IMG/VR virus record: IMGVR_UViG_3300050343_000191
Span: 1 to 64,000 of that record
Length of the DNA stretch: 64,000 bases
Direction: 5' to 3' (one strand)
Shown here: piece after piece, positions 1 to 10,089 of the stretch
How positions within the stretch are numbered: position 1 is the first letter of the stretch
Layout of the letters: each line of letters begins with the position of its first letter
Program-made: the position numbers and the translations under genes
Notes under the pieces: model-generated
Databases searched by the model: none
What the model was told of the DNA's origin: nothing
The model's input: the letters and a program-made list of their open reading frames with translations, nothing else

Positions 1-201
1 TCCCGGTGATATAAACGTATGATAAGCATATTCTGATATTGAATCATATAAACCCCCTACGATTCCACCAGTGGCAGTAAATGCACCACCACCACCACCA
101 CCACCACCACCAGAACCAAATCCTTTACCAATATCAGAAGACTTATAACCCTCTAGCAGCTTACCTAAAGCTCTACCCTTAATAGATTTAAATGGAGACA
201 T
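1..201 (-). CDS. Glycine-rich virion/tail-associated protein, runs off window start
   Basis: ATG at 201 reads MSPFKSIKGRALGKLLEGYKSSDIGKGFGSGGGGGGGGAFTATGG..., open to position 1; resembles the other Gly-rich genes here. Confidence 0.7.
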   Translation of the reverse strand, partial: MSPFKSIKGRALGKLLEGYKSSDIGKGFGSGGGGGGGGGAFTATGGIVGGLYDSISEYAYHTFISPG

Positions 202-204
202 CTA

Positions 205-558
205 TCAAACCTCCTTATCGCCATTAACTAATACATTGATAGTGCCACCAGAAGCACCAACTTGAAGAGTATCTCCAGTGTCCTCAAGCACAATAGGATA
301 TGCTGGTTCTATTAAAACTGTTTCCTTAGCAGTTAATGCTACATTAAACATTCTTGTAGCATCACCAACTGCACCACCATTTGGAATCACGTAAACGTGT
401 GCTGTACAAGCAACACCTGCACCACTGGTAGCACTTCCATCGTGAATTGCAATAGACTTTACATATACTTTCTTATTGCTAGCAACAGTAACAGCTGCAG
501 ATGTAGCTCCCGCTGCAACTACAGTTACATTTGATAATCTTCCTCTAGTGAGTGCCAT
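205..558 (-). CDS. Small virion structural protein
   Basis: 117 aa ORF; same type as 7169..7501 and 21135..21464 (small beta-rich proteins ending in V/L-x-I/V-L-E/N-type motifs); late promoter upstream. Confidence 0.65.
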   Translation of the reverse strand: MALTRGRLSNVTVVAAGATSAAVTVASNKKVYVKSIAIHDGSATSGAGVACTAHVYVIPNGGAVGDATRMFNVALTAKETVLIEPAYPIVLEDTGDTLQVGASGGTINVLVNGDKEV

Positions 559-577
559 GACTTATCTTTTTAGTTAT

Positions 578-1027
578 TTAGGAGAACAGGTACATATCAA
601 GAGCAAAGTTGCCCTCGTAATCAGCAGCACTTATTGCAGCGCCAACATTCACATTGCCATCAACTGCTAAACTATCAACAGCAGTAACAGCAGTATCAAT
701 TGTAGTTGTGGTTCCGTTTACAGTAAGATTACCACTCAATGTAAGATCGGCACCAGTAGCACCTGCTGATAATACCCCAGTACTACCAGCAGTTCCGGAA
801 GTATTTCCAGTTACGTTACCAGTTACGTTACCAGTAACAGCACCAGTAAGAGGTCCACTGAAACCAGTAGCAGTTACAATACCAGTAGAACCAGTAACAC
901 TGAAACCATTATCAAAGGTGGTTGACCCCTGAAAACTAGTAGCACCAGTGACATTCTGATTAACAACGGTAGCGGTAACAATACCAGTTACATTAAAGAC
1001 TGATGATCTGGGAGTTTTGGTAGTAAG
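578..1027 (-). pseudogene. 5'-truncated tail-fibre-like reading frame with no start codon
   Basis: 150 open codons, ...FNVTGIVTAT...GFSGPLTGAVTGNVTGNVTGN...LTVNGTTTTIDTAVTAVDSL...DMYLFS*; in-frame TGA at 1028-1030 and no ATG before the fibre-like sequence. Confidence 0.65.
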
Positions 1028-1538
1028 TCAAAGGAAATAATAGTCCTGTGTTTTCTTACCTGATTGGGATGAACAAAGTGTAAGGTATATGATGGAGAGA
1101 TAAAGATTGTTCCCTCCTTTACATTCTGTGGATATGCAAGTGATGTAGTATCAGTTCTTGGGTCTTGCCAGGGTGCTACAAAACAAGTGGGAGTATGAAC
1201 TTTAGGGTCAAAATCAACATAAAGAATACCAGTAAATCCCCAACTCTTATGGTTATGAATTGTTTGCTGGTCTCCTTTTTGATAACGAACTGCCCAACAT
1301 CAGTCATACTACAAGTGACTTGTGCTTCCTGGACAAACTCCCATAACTCATCCTTGATTAAGTCTTGGAAGTAATGAAGATAAGATTTCTTGTTAGTCTG
1401 TCTATCAGTCTCAAAGGTTTGGAGGTCAGTTCTTACAAACTTCTCCTCCTTTAACCTCTTCAGCAATCCTTTCTTCTTAAAATCCCAATCCTTAATTTGA
1501 TATTGATAGGTAGGATATTCAAAAAGAGGTGCCTTCAT
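988..1538 (-). pseudogene. Putative 2OG-Fe(II) oxygenase with one frameshift
   Basis: Adding one T at about 1296 restores DVWAVRYQKGDQQTIHNHKSWGFTGILYV...LHFVHPNQVRKHRTIISFDLLP, with HxH...H...R-x-x-x-S-F motifs. Confidence 0.7.
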
Positions 1539-2269
1539 CGTGCTCTATCCCATGCACAGTGTGCTCTTTGTCCATCAGCAAGAACATAATGGAAGAAGAT
1601 TTGATGGTAATACTGCTCTGCTGCAGGAGTTTTACCAAACAGTTTCTTACTCTTCTTACCAGTAAAACCAGGCATCTTATCACGCCAGTGTGGTCTTTCA
1701 CATCCTTTATACAACAAACCATCACCAGGTTTGAGTGTCAGTGAACGGTTCTCACCAGGAACAAGAACAGTTGTCTTCTTCTTATCGGTATATGTATCAG
1801 GAGTTTTAATCCAGAAGGGCCAATCAGCATCCTTACCTTCTAGGTTAGTGCTGACATGAACTGATACAGAGATTTCACATGCATCACGATCTGCGTGCTT
1901 GGTTAATTCCTGTCCAGGAAAATAATATCTATCATAATAATAGGTATTATATAACTTACGACCAATGATTTCTTCTAGTTTTAGACGAATACCAGAGTGA
2001 ATCACACGATATTGTGGGTGCCAATAACGTGATGTCGAACCTTCTACCTGTTGTTCTACAGGAACATGATTAAAATGTTCTGGGTTCTTATCCCAATAGT
2101 TATACTGTCCTTTCTCTTCTGGGACTGGGTGATAAAGTTCTTCAGCATCCCAAAGGTCCTTTACAACCAGATATCCATTCTTATCAAAGGATTCATTACG
2201 AGTCCATGCAGTTCCAGTATTTTGCTTCTCTTGAAACAATAACTGCAGTTCGTTCATTTGTTCTGCCAT
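1535..2269 (-). CDS. 2OG-Fe(II) oxygenase-like protein
   Basis: ELTKHADRDACEISVSV, LKPGDGLLYKGCERPHWR, QIFFHYV motifs. Confidence 0.8.
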   Translation of the reverse strand: MAEQMNELQLLFQEKQNTGTAWTRNESFDKNGYLVVKDLWDAEELYHPVPEEKGQYNYWDKNPEHFNHVPVEQQVEGSTSRYWHPQYRVIHSGIRLKLEEIIGRKLYNTYYYDRYYFPGQELTKHADRDACEISVSVHVSTNLEGKDADWPFWIKTPDTYTDKKKTTVLVPGENRSLTLKPGDGLLYKGCERPHWRDKMPGFTGKKSKKLFGKTPAAEQYYHQIFFHYVLADGQRAHCAWDRAR

Positions 2270-2278
2270 TTCTATCTC

Positions 2279-2900
2279 CTACTTCCAACGTGGGCCAACA
2301 ACCCATCCAACAATAGATCTACGAGTTCCTTTTGTTACCTTTAGAACTCTATGTTGTGTGCGAGAATCAAATAGAACAACACAACCACGTCTTTCGTGGA
2401 GCAATATAAGAATTACCTGCTTCATCCATTAACTGAACATTACCACCCTCATAATCATCAGGATCAGAGAGTTGGACTGAGAAAGAAAGTTTCCTTACAA
2501 GTTCAATATTCTCATTCACAAAGTCCTGTGCAAACCATCAGAACGATTACCAACACTTACTGGTTTATATTGTGTTGCCAATCCTGCATCATTGTGCCAT
2601 CCATAAAATTGACCTTCACCATAACGAGTATATTGCATTGACTCACCATCAATGTTTCTCAGGTCATACAAAAAGTTCTCACGGTTTGCTCTTTGCACAT
2701 AGTGCCACAAGAAAACCACCAACCCAATGTGTAGTAGGAATCCATGCATTCTGTGAATTCCTTTTGTCTTTGTTGAGAGCATCTCCATGTAACTTGGAGT
2801 CTGCCATCTGCTCATCAAATGTTTCTGTTAGATCTCTATCAAGGATATCTACAATATCTTCAGGCAGATCCGAATAATACCAAACGCTTTGGAATGCCAT
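2279..2900 (-). pseudogene. PKHD/prolyl-hydroxylase-type 2OG-Fe(II) oxygenase with three frameshifts
   Basis: Frames join as MAFQSVWYY...WHYVQRANRENF...FYGWHND...RKLSFSVQLSDPDDYEGGN...FDSRTQHRVLKVTKGTRRSIVGWVVGPRWK*; shifts near 2710, 2531, 2391. Confidence 0.8.
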
Positions 2901-3595
2901 ATACCTATAATGTATTCAGTTGTATTATATATCAGTTTTAGTGGGATGTCAATATAACTGTTATTGCTACCGCCGCCGCCACCGCCGAACCAACCGCCGC
3001 CGCCGCCGCCACAGTTCTGACTGCCTGGTCCACCATTACCTCCGTACCAAGCACCACCACTTTGACCACCAGAACCAGCAGGACCACCACCACCTGGAGT
3101 AGCGCCACGACCTCTAAGATTTTGATTTGGACTTTCTGGACAGTCGGAACCATTAGGTCCACCACCAGCACCACCACGGGCATCACCATAACCATCATTA
3201 CCACCAGCACCAGATCCGCCAGCAACTCCTAAAATATAGCTTGCATTTCTAGAAACTGGTGAAACATTACTATCATTGACCCAAACCCCTGCAAATCCAC
3301 CTCCAGATCCATTTACTCCAGTTCCGGGACCCCCACTATAGAAGTTCTGATTACCATTTGCGACACCACAGATATAAGCAAACGTAGTTCCTGGAGTGGC
3401 TGTACCAGTGATACGAGTATATCCACCATAAGGAGATCCTCCGCCTCTACCACCATTACTAGATTTTGCACCGTATATGTGCAGTTCTACATCTACAGCA
3501 CCAGCACCACCACCGCCCACTAAGGATCCGGTAGCACCACCACCCATACCCATCATACCCTGGATGGGTTTTTCTTTTTTATGCCAATTAAACAT
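2849..3595 (-). CDS. Glycine-rich virion protein; true 3' end uncertain
   Basis: 248 aa Gly-rich ORF (MFNWHKKEKPIQGMMGMGGG...); last 30 or so codons overlap the promoter and next gene. Confidence 0.65.
   Translation of the reverse strand: MFNWHKKEKPIQGMMGMGGGATGSLVGGGGAGAVDVELHIYGAKSSNGGRGGGSPYGGYTRITGTATPGTTFAYICGVANGNQNFYSGGPGTGVNGSGGGFAGVWVNDSNVSPVSRNASYILGVAGGSGAGGNDGYGDARGGAGGGPNGSDCPESPNQNLRGRGATPGGGGPAGSGGQSGGAWYGGNGGPGSQNCGGGGGGWFGGGGGGSNNSYIDIPLKLIYNTTEYIIGIWHSKAFGIIRICLKIL
2924..2952 (-). promoter_or_regulatory. Sigma70-type early promoter
   Basis: TTGACA-17 nt-TATAAT, directly upstream of the oxygenase cluster. Confidence 0.8.
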
Positions 3596-3612
3596 TTAAG
3601 TTATCCCCCCTA

Positions 3613-6150
3613 TCAAGAAGTTTTAGTTTGATTACCGACAACAACAAAAGTATCTGCGGCAGTTTTAATAATATTAAAAGTATAGATATCAACGCCAGAA
3701 GCACCACCATCTGATGGTGCAGAACCACCAATCCAATTTTCAGTTATAGCATTACCATCAATTTGGATTCCATTTATATAGTAACTAGAATTATTAGTTG
3801 CTTGAATGATAGTAACTGTAAGTGATTCACCAACTGCCATAGCATCATTTAAATTCTTAGAAGCACTATATTTGATATATGCAGGTACAGTTGCTCCTAA
3901 ATTTCCAGATCGATAATGAACCATACCCGATTCAAGGTAAATATTACCAGAAGCAGAAATTGAATTTGTGCTAATATCACATTCTTCCTTAAGCATTTTA
4001 CGGGTGTTAAGACCCTCATCAAGGAACAATTGACCACCACTAAGTTGCCAATAATTATTTTGAGATGATTCAGACCAAGTAAGTGACTTATCACCACCAG
4101 CACCACCGAAGAGTGTAAGTCCACCACCATTAGCAGTAGTGTTAGTTGGTGTGGTTACAGAACCAATACCAATGTTCTTATCTTCTATGCTGAGAGTTGC
4201 CGTATCAATGGTCGTTTGAGTTCCATTAACTGTGAGATTACCACCAACAGTGAAGTTTCCGCCAACAGAACTTAATGTTGAAACATAAGATCTAACAGCA
4301 GCCTGCGTTGGAACTTTAGTATTGCTATTCTGCGACATTGTTCCATCAGTCGAGAACTCATTAACGGATGCACCGATAAGTCCACCAATAGAACCAAGTT
4401 GAAGTGATTCCAGACCACTCAGATCGAAGGCGGAAGAATCAAGAGTAACCTGTCCAGTTGCCTGCTCAACCCTAAACTGATCACCAACGTAGAAGTTACC
4501 ATCTTCATCAGTAGCAACATAATAAACACGACCTGGGTCTGTTGCAAGAGTAACAACTTGATTTGCTTGCGCTTTAGCTTGAGTTGGACTTCCTGGCCAG
4601 TTAGTAGTATCCGAACCACCAGTACCAACATTCAGGAAATCGTGACCAGTAAGTCTAACTTGACTATATTCTTTTCTTACATTTAGAGCAACGCCAGAAG
4701 CAACTGGTGTTGCTCTTGAAGTTGAGAATACCAGAACGTGATATGCAACAGAGTTAGCAGTAACAGAACTTACCGACTGAATCTGATATGCGTTACCATC
4801 AGTAGTAGCAAACTGTAAAGAATCTCCAGGATCTGCAGAAGTGCCAAATTGTGTTACCAGGATTCTACCAGACTGATTACTCTCTACAGTACCAGCAACC
4901 AATGTAGCAGAAGCAGATGAACTTCCACCAGTTACAACTTCATTAGATTGGAAAGTTCCAGACTTACCAACAATGTAAAGGACTTTTGGTTCTGATTGAA
5001 CATTTGCAACATATGCTGTTGCACCTGATGTAACACCAGTGATTTGTTCTCCAGCAGTAAAACTACCAGTAACATTACCAGTATATGTAAGCATCGTACC
5101 ACTAACGGTACCAGTATTAGCAGTTTCAGAAGAATCAAATCCTTTAGAGAATACACCAAACTCGCCATAAGAGTTGGAAGAGTTCAGAGATCTAATCTTA
5201 GAACCACCAGTTGCGGTGTAACCAATCTGACAATAGTAAGTAAATCCAGAAATAATTTCCGCATTAGCATTATCCTTTGCCCAGATACCCAATCCATCAC
5301 TGTGAATATGAGTAACGGTGTGGAACAACATACTGCGGTTTCCACTTCCATGAAGTGAACCGTCTACAACAGCACCAGTAGCACCAGTACCAAAAGTAGT
5401 TACGTTGTAAATATATGGCGACTTAGTAGCAATAGGACTTGCTGCGTTCAGAGCAAAATAAACACCACCAAGAGTAGCAGCAGTCGGATCACTACCAGGA
5501 GAACCTTTAGTGTATCCATCCATCCCATCACAGATGATATCCTGAATGATCACACCATTACTACATCTAAACAATGTAGATCTTTTATTAACAACAGATC
5601 CGCCGGAATCCAAACCAGCAGCGGGTTTGATTATGGTAGCACGAAGGTTATCACCAACAATTGTACAGAAAGCGGGAATAATAATTGGAAGTTGTGCTTC
5701 TTCATATGTTCCAGCTTTTACAAAGATAACTGCAGGGGCTGTTGCTGATGGAGTTACTGGTAAGTTAGAGCAAGCATACTTAACAGATGCCCAAGCAGCG
5801 TCGATTGATCCACCACGTCCAGATGCATCAACACCATTTTTAGAAACATAATAAACGTTGGTGGCACCACCCAGGTCACCGAACACAACATCAGTTCCAT
5901 CAGATTTCAGAATCTGACCAGCAGATCCAAGCGTAAGTTTGGATATCTTTCCAGTACTATCATAAGCAAGAACGTCGCCTCTAGTACCAGAGTTAATGTT
6001 GGTACCTTGAAGGTTAAGATCACCAGTTGAAGTGAATGTTGTGACCCCAGAAACGCTCAAGGAACCACTTACATTCAAACTATTTGAATCGGGAATATTG
6101 ACTGTCGTTCCAGTTCTTCCCTTAATATTATCTACTCTTAAAGTGGACAT
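3613..6150 (-). CDS. Tail fibre/spike-like protein with beta-helix-like region
   Basis: 845 aa; NVYYVSKNG...IFVKAGTYEE...IVGDNLRATII beta-helix-like start, LSIEDKNIGIG fibre motif, C-terminal GASGVDIYTFNIIKTA. Confidence 0.75.
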   Translation of the reverse strand: MSTLRVDNIKGRTGTTVNIPDSNSLNVSGSLSVSGVTTFTSTGDLNLQGTNINSGTRGDVLAYDSTGKISKLTLGSAGQILKSDGTDVVFGDLGGATNVYYVSKNGVDASGRGGSIDAAWASVKYACSNLPVTPSATAPAVIFVKAGTYEEAQLPIIIPAFCTIVGDNLRATIIKPAAGLDSGGSVVNKRSTLFRCSNGVIIQDIICDGMDGYTKGSPGSDPTAATLGGVYFALNAASPIATKSPYIYNVTTFGTGATGAVVDGSLHGSGNRSMLFHTVTHIHSDGLGIWAKDNANAEIISGFTYYCQIGYTATGGSKIRSLNSSNSYGEFGVFSKGFDSSETANTGTVSGTMLTYTGNVTGSFTAGEQITGVTSGATAYVANVQSEPKVLYIVGKSGTFQSNEVVTGGSSSASATLVAGTVESNQSGRILVTQFGTSADPGDSLQFATTDGNAYQIQSVSSVTANSVAYHVLVFSTSRATPVASGVALNVRKEYSQVRLTGHDFLNVGTGGSDTTNWPGSPTQAKAQANQVVTLATDPGRVYYVATDEDGNFYVGDQFRVEQATGQVTLDSSAFDLSGLESLQLGSIGGLIGASVNEFSTDGTMSQNSNTKVPTQAAVRSYVSTLSSVGGNFTVGGNLTVNGTQTTIDTATLSIEDKNIGIGSVTTPTNTTANGGGLTLFGGAGGDKSLTWSESSQNNYWQLSGGQLFLDEGLNTRKMLKEECDISTNSISASGNIYLESGMVHYRSGNLGATVPAYIKYSASKNLNDAMAVGESLTVTIIQATNNSSYYINGIQIDGNAITENWIGGSAPSDGGASGVDIYTFNIIKTAADTFVVVGNQTKTS

Positions 6151-6189
6151 ACTGCGTTATCCTTTAATTGGCCAATAAGTTGAAATTAT

Positions 6190-6687
6190 TTATATAACGA
6201 GAACCGCACCATCATCTACAGTGACGATGACACTATTATCAATATCGAAAGGTACATCTACCTGAGCACCAGTTGGAATCTGAGAATACCCAACTTTCTT
6301 AACTCCAGTTAAACTAATATTCTCGGTGACAGAAGTTCTAACATTATCATCAAACTTCGTTGCTCTTTGAAGATTAGTTCCCGATGCTCCTTGTGCCATA
6401 AAATTGACATCAAAATCTGTTTTAGTAGTTGTCAGAAGCATACAATCATCATCGATAGTAACCGTAACACCATTATCAATATCTATAGTTGCATCAGAGT
6501 GTGTGAATATCTCGACAAACTTTTGTGGAGAACTAATAGTAGTATCAGCAGTAAACCCACCGTGATGAACAAACAGTAGTTTATCAATAGTATCTTGTGT
6601 GGTATTAAGACCACCACCGCCGCCACCTGCGCTTACATCATCATCAAGACCATTAGATCCAACCTTAGTAATTTTTTCTAGTGCCAT
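6190..6687 (-). CDS. Hypothetical virion-associated protein
   Basis: 165 aa, MALEKITKV start, within the tail gene block. Confidence 0.6.
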   Translation of the reverse strand: MALEKITKVGSNGLDDDVSAGGGGGGLNTTQDTIDKLLFVHHGGFTADTTISSPQKFVEIFTHSDATIDIDNGVTVTIDDDCMLLTTTKTDFDVNFMAQGASGTNLQRATKFDDNVRTSVTENISLTGVKKVGYSQIPTGAQVDVPFDIDNSVIVTVDDGAVLVI

Positions 6688-6695
6688 ACTACCTC

Positions 6696-7169
6696 CTAGT
6701 AAAGACCAAGTACATTAGTACGAACAGTAGTTCCTGCCGCAACCTCAACAACTACACCAGTTGCAACCTTAATGCTATCAGATGCTGTGAATACTACCTT
6801 TCCTTGTGCTTCTGTCGCACTAACTGTCGCATTTGCAGTTAATTCTAAAAGTTCTGGACTAGTAAACAAATAATTCAGATTGTTAGCAGAACCTAATCCA
6901 TCACCAATACCACCAACACCAGTGAGATTAGATCCATCACCACTAAATGAAGATGCAGTAAGAATACCAGTAACGACGGCACCAGAAGAATTTGCCTGAA
7001 CCTTTACAACATTATTATGCTTAAGTGTTGAAGGATCTGCTAAACCAGTTAGATTACTACCATCTCCATGAAACTGTGTGGCAGTAATAACACCTGTTGA
7101 GTTTATATTATGAGTATCATAATTCTCATTAGGTTTGATTACACCTTTGGTAATCTTAGTAAGTGCCAT
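6696..7169 (-). CDS. Tail-fibre-like protein
   Basis: 157 aa; TGVITATQFHGDGSNLTG motif occurs twice. Confidence 0.7.
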   Translation of the reverse strand: MALTKITKGVIKPNENYDTHNINSTGVITATQFHGDGSNLTGLADPSTLKHNNVVKVQANSSGAVVTGILTASSFSGDGSNLTGVGGIGDGLGSANNLNYLFTSPELLELTANATVSATEAQGKVVFTASDSIKVATGVVVEVAAGTTVRTNVLGLY

Positions 7170-7501
7170 CAGGTCATCTCCAAGATAGTGAGTGCAACAT
7201 CAAGACTTGCATTAGTATCACTATTTGCTGTCAATGTATCCGTCGTCTCCAAGACAACTTTGTTTCCCTGCATAAACTCAAGAGTGGATCCTTGAGGAAT
7301 AGGAACGTTTTTCAATATTTTAATATCGTCAGATCCTGCTCTAGTAATTCCAACTCCAACATTGATTCCACTACCAGATGTATTACACAAAGTAATACCA
7401 ATCACTGTGGTAGTTGTGGTTGGTGTGGAAGGCACAACATAAACGTTTTCGGTCGTTACACCAACGTTAGCCTTTGTTTTTAATTTAAAGTCGTTCGCCA
7501 T
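7169..7501 (-). CDS. Small virion structural protein
   Basis: 110 aa MANDFKLKTKANVG...DVALTILEMT; paralog-like to 21135..21464. Confidence 0.7.
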   Translation of the reverse strand: MANDFKLKTKANVGVTTENVYVVPSTPTTTTTVIGITLCNTSGSGINVGVGITRAGSDDIKILKNVPIPQGSTLEFMQGNKVVLETTDTLTANSDTNASLDVALTILEMT

Positions 7502-7547
7502 GTTTTATTGACCTAATGCGTCCATATCGATATATCAAGTATTTATA

Positions 7548-7943
7548 TTACCCGAATGCAATAGCAAATCTAATCGCATCTTCACCACTAGCACCTGCAG
7601 AAGCAGCAGCAATAGTACTCATATCAACAACAACAGTAGAACCGTATCCAGTTACAGTAATACCTGTACCAATAAAATTTATATCCGTAAAACCTGTACC
7701 AACTCTATTAGCAATAACACCACTGTTAGGAGTTATCGTTCCAACTCCAGCACCTACTCCAGAAGTGAATAATTCACCATTCTTATAAAGATTATCAGTG
7801 AAATTAATATCACCCTGAACGTGTAGTTGATAATCAGCAACAGTCGTGCCAATGCCAACACTAGCGGCAATACCAAGAGTTCTATTAGAGTCATTGATAT
7901 TGACTATAGAACCTAATTGTGATAGTTCCCTATTATTAGCCAT
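7548..7943 (-). CDS. Tail-fibre-like protein
   Basis: 131 aa; MANNRELSQ, VGIGTT...LHVQGDI fibre motifs. Confidence 0.7.
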   Translation of the reverse strand: MANNRELSQLGSIVNINDSNRTLGIAASVGIGTTVADYQLHVQGDINFTDNLYKNGELFTSGVGAGVGTITPNSGVIANRVGTGFTDINFIGTGITVTGYGSTVVVDMSTIAAASAGASGEDAIRFAIAFG

Positions 7944-7963
7944 TACACATTTTTAGTTATTTA

Positions 7964-8824
7964 TTAATAGGTCAACTGAATAATTAAGAATCCACCTTTA
8001 CCAGATCCACCAGGTTGACCAGTTGGACTTGGGTGATTAGATCCAGCTCCGCCGCCCCCACCACCATATGAGTTTCCATAGATGACTACACCGCCACCGC
8101 CGCCACCGCCGCCACTATTAGCATTACCCCAAGGTTGACCACCAGTACCTCCACCAGCACCACTATTGGGAGCAGCAGAACCAGGACTCTCGGTGCCACC
8201 ACCACCACCGCCACCCGTTCCAGAGATTGACCAGGCAGGTGCAGGTCCCACACCAAGAGGTGCAATTACACCTGAAACAGAAGTAGTTCCTCCAGATCCA
8301 CCAGGGTTTCCAGAACCACTTCCACCATCACCATCAGTATGTCCACCACCACTACCACCACCTGATCCAGCATTAGAAGCACCAAATCCAGGATTACCAG
8401 TATTATATCTTGGTGCAACAGATCCACCACTACCACCTTCATTACCAGGTCCAGCAACCATAGATCCACCAGGTTGACCAGAACTAGCACCAGCTTCCCA
8501 AATGGCAGTTCCACTATGACTTCCAGTCTTTATATATGATGGACCATTCGGAGAAGTGCCAATATAAATCGTCTGTCCTGCTACTGTTGCATTAGGAACT
8601 GTATACCCAGCAAGGTTTCCAGCACCACCACCGCCACCAGCGTGACCACCAGTATTACTACCAGTACTATTTGGTCCAGGAGAACCCGCAGCAACACCTG
8701 CAACTTTGAAAAAAGAAACAGCACCTGGAACGGTTATTGTTGTGGATGTGCTTCCATCATAAAAATATTCAAATGATTCTGGAGTAGATCCACCACCATA
8801 ACCTAGAAACATTTGTTGCATCAT
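7964..8824 (-). CDS. Glycine-rich virion protein
   Basis: 286 aa Gly-rich, C-terminal GGSGKGGFLIIQLTY. Confidence 0.7.
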   Translation of the reverse strand: MMQQMFLGYGGGSTPESFEYFYDGSTSTTITVPGAVSFFKVAGVAAGSPGPNSTGSNTGGHAGGGGGAGNLAGYTVPNATVAGQTIYIGTSPNGPSYIKTGSHSGTAIWEAGASSGQPGGSMVAGPGNEGGSGGSVAPRYNTGNPGFGASNAGSGGGSGGGHTDGDGGSGSGNPGGSGGTTSVSGVIAPLGVGPAPAWSISGTGGGGGGGTESPGSAAPNSGAGGGTGGQPWGNANSGGGGGGGGVVIYGNSYGGGGGGAGSNHPSPTGQPGGSGKGGFLIIQLTY

Positions 8825-10072
8825 TAACTAATACCTCCACCAGCAATGTATGCTTTAGCACTTGAACCACCTGAAGCAATTAAAATTGTGCAAACAGTTC
8901 GTGCTGCTAGGGTTTTATTACCAGTAGTTCCATCAGAAGCATTGTAAAGACTTAATCCACTACCTTGAGTGATAGGTACGTTACTAGAACTACCTGAAAC
9001 AATTGTAATCATATCGCCAGTACTAAAAACGTTGTCAGGAATTGTAATTGTAGAACCGTTATCAACTCTTACCATTTTTCCTGCATCGGCAGCAACTAAG
9101 GTGTAATTAGTAGTTATAATATTTGATCCAAGTCTTCTCAGTGGACCGATTGAGTCACTGACTGTTCCAGATACTGTGACACCAGTTGCTGTGGTTTCAA
9201 GTTTCTTGGAGTTGTCGTAGTAAAGTTCTACATAAGGTGTATTAGTATTATTATAACATATAATTGTTTCTTTATCTGGTCTAGCACTTATATGAACTGT
9301 ATAAGAATTAGATCCTGCTGCGTAAATCTTTAGTGCAGCAGTAGATGATTTTATAATATTGTCAGTACTATCATGATAAATCTCTAAATCATCACCAGCA
9401 CCAGCAGTGAACTTACCGTTATCAGGAACTCTGACTTTGCCATCAGAAGTTATACGAAGTCTTTCTGTACTTGATGCTCTAAATTTATGTTCAGAAGCAT
9501 CATAATTTATTTTTTTGTAAGCAGTAGCATCCCTGTCGTAAGAGCTTATATAAGCAGTTGGCGAGTCATTTAGTACATCAGTTGCATAATATATTTCTAG
9601 TCCCACTCCACTTGTGGGGGCGACATACGCTGCTGCTTTTGCTCTTAACGAACCTTCAACATCTAATTTAATATTTGCATCTATGGTAGTTCCTATACCA
9701 ACCGACCCCTCAACATTTAAACTATCGACCTGTGTAATGGCAGTATCAATAGTTGATGTTGTCCCTTGAACATCTAAGTTGCCAAGAACAGTAGCATTAG
9801 TAACTTGAATACTTGGATCACCAGTGAGTCCAGTAGCATTACCAGTTACGTTTCCTGTAAGAGGATCCACTGAAACCAGTAGCAGTTATAACTCCAACAT
9901 TATTAATATTCTTTGCACCACCATCTAAGTTACCACCAAGTGTTGGTGTAGTATCACTACTCAATTCTACAACAGCACCACTCTCCCACTTCACTCCAGT
10001 GAAAGTAAAATTGATTCCACCTACTGCAAAAGTATCATTTACAGTAGGACTATTAGGAAAATTAATTGCCAT
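8824..10072 (-). pseudogene. Tail fibre protein split by a +1 insertion at about 9866
   Basis: MAINFPNSP...ATGFSG continues as PLTGNVTGNATGL... if one base is removed (AGT GGA T CCT CTT versus AGT GGA CCT CTT in the fibre at 578-1027). Confidence 0.75.
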
Positions 10073-10089
10073 TATAGATTTTTAGTTAT

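Noticed and set aside
85-112. CCA/CCG trinucleotide runs here and in other Gly-rich genes
   Set aside because: They are explained by poly-Gly coding on the minus strand.
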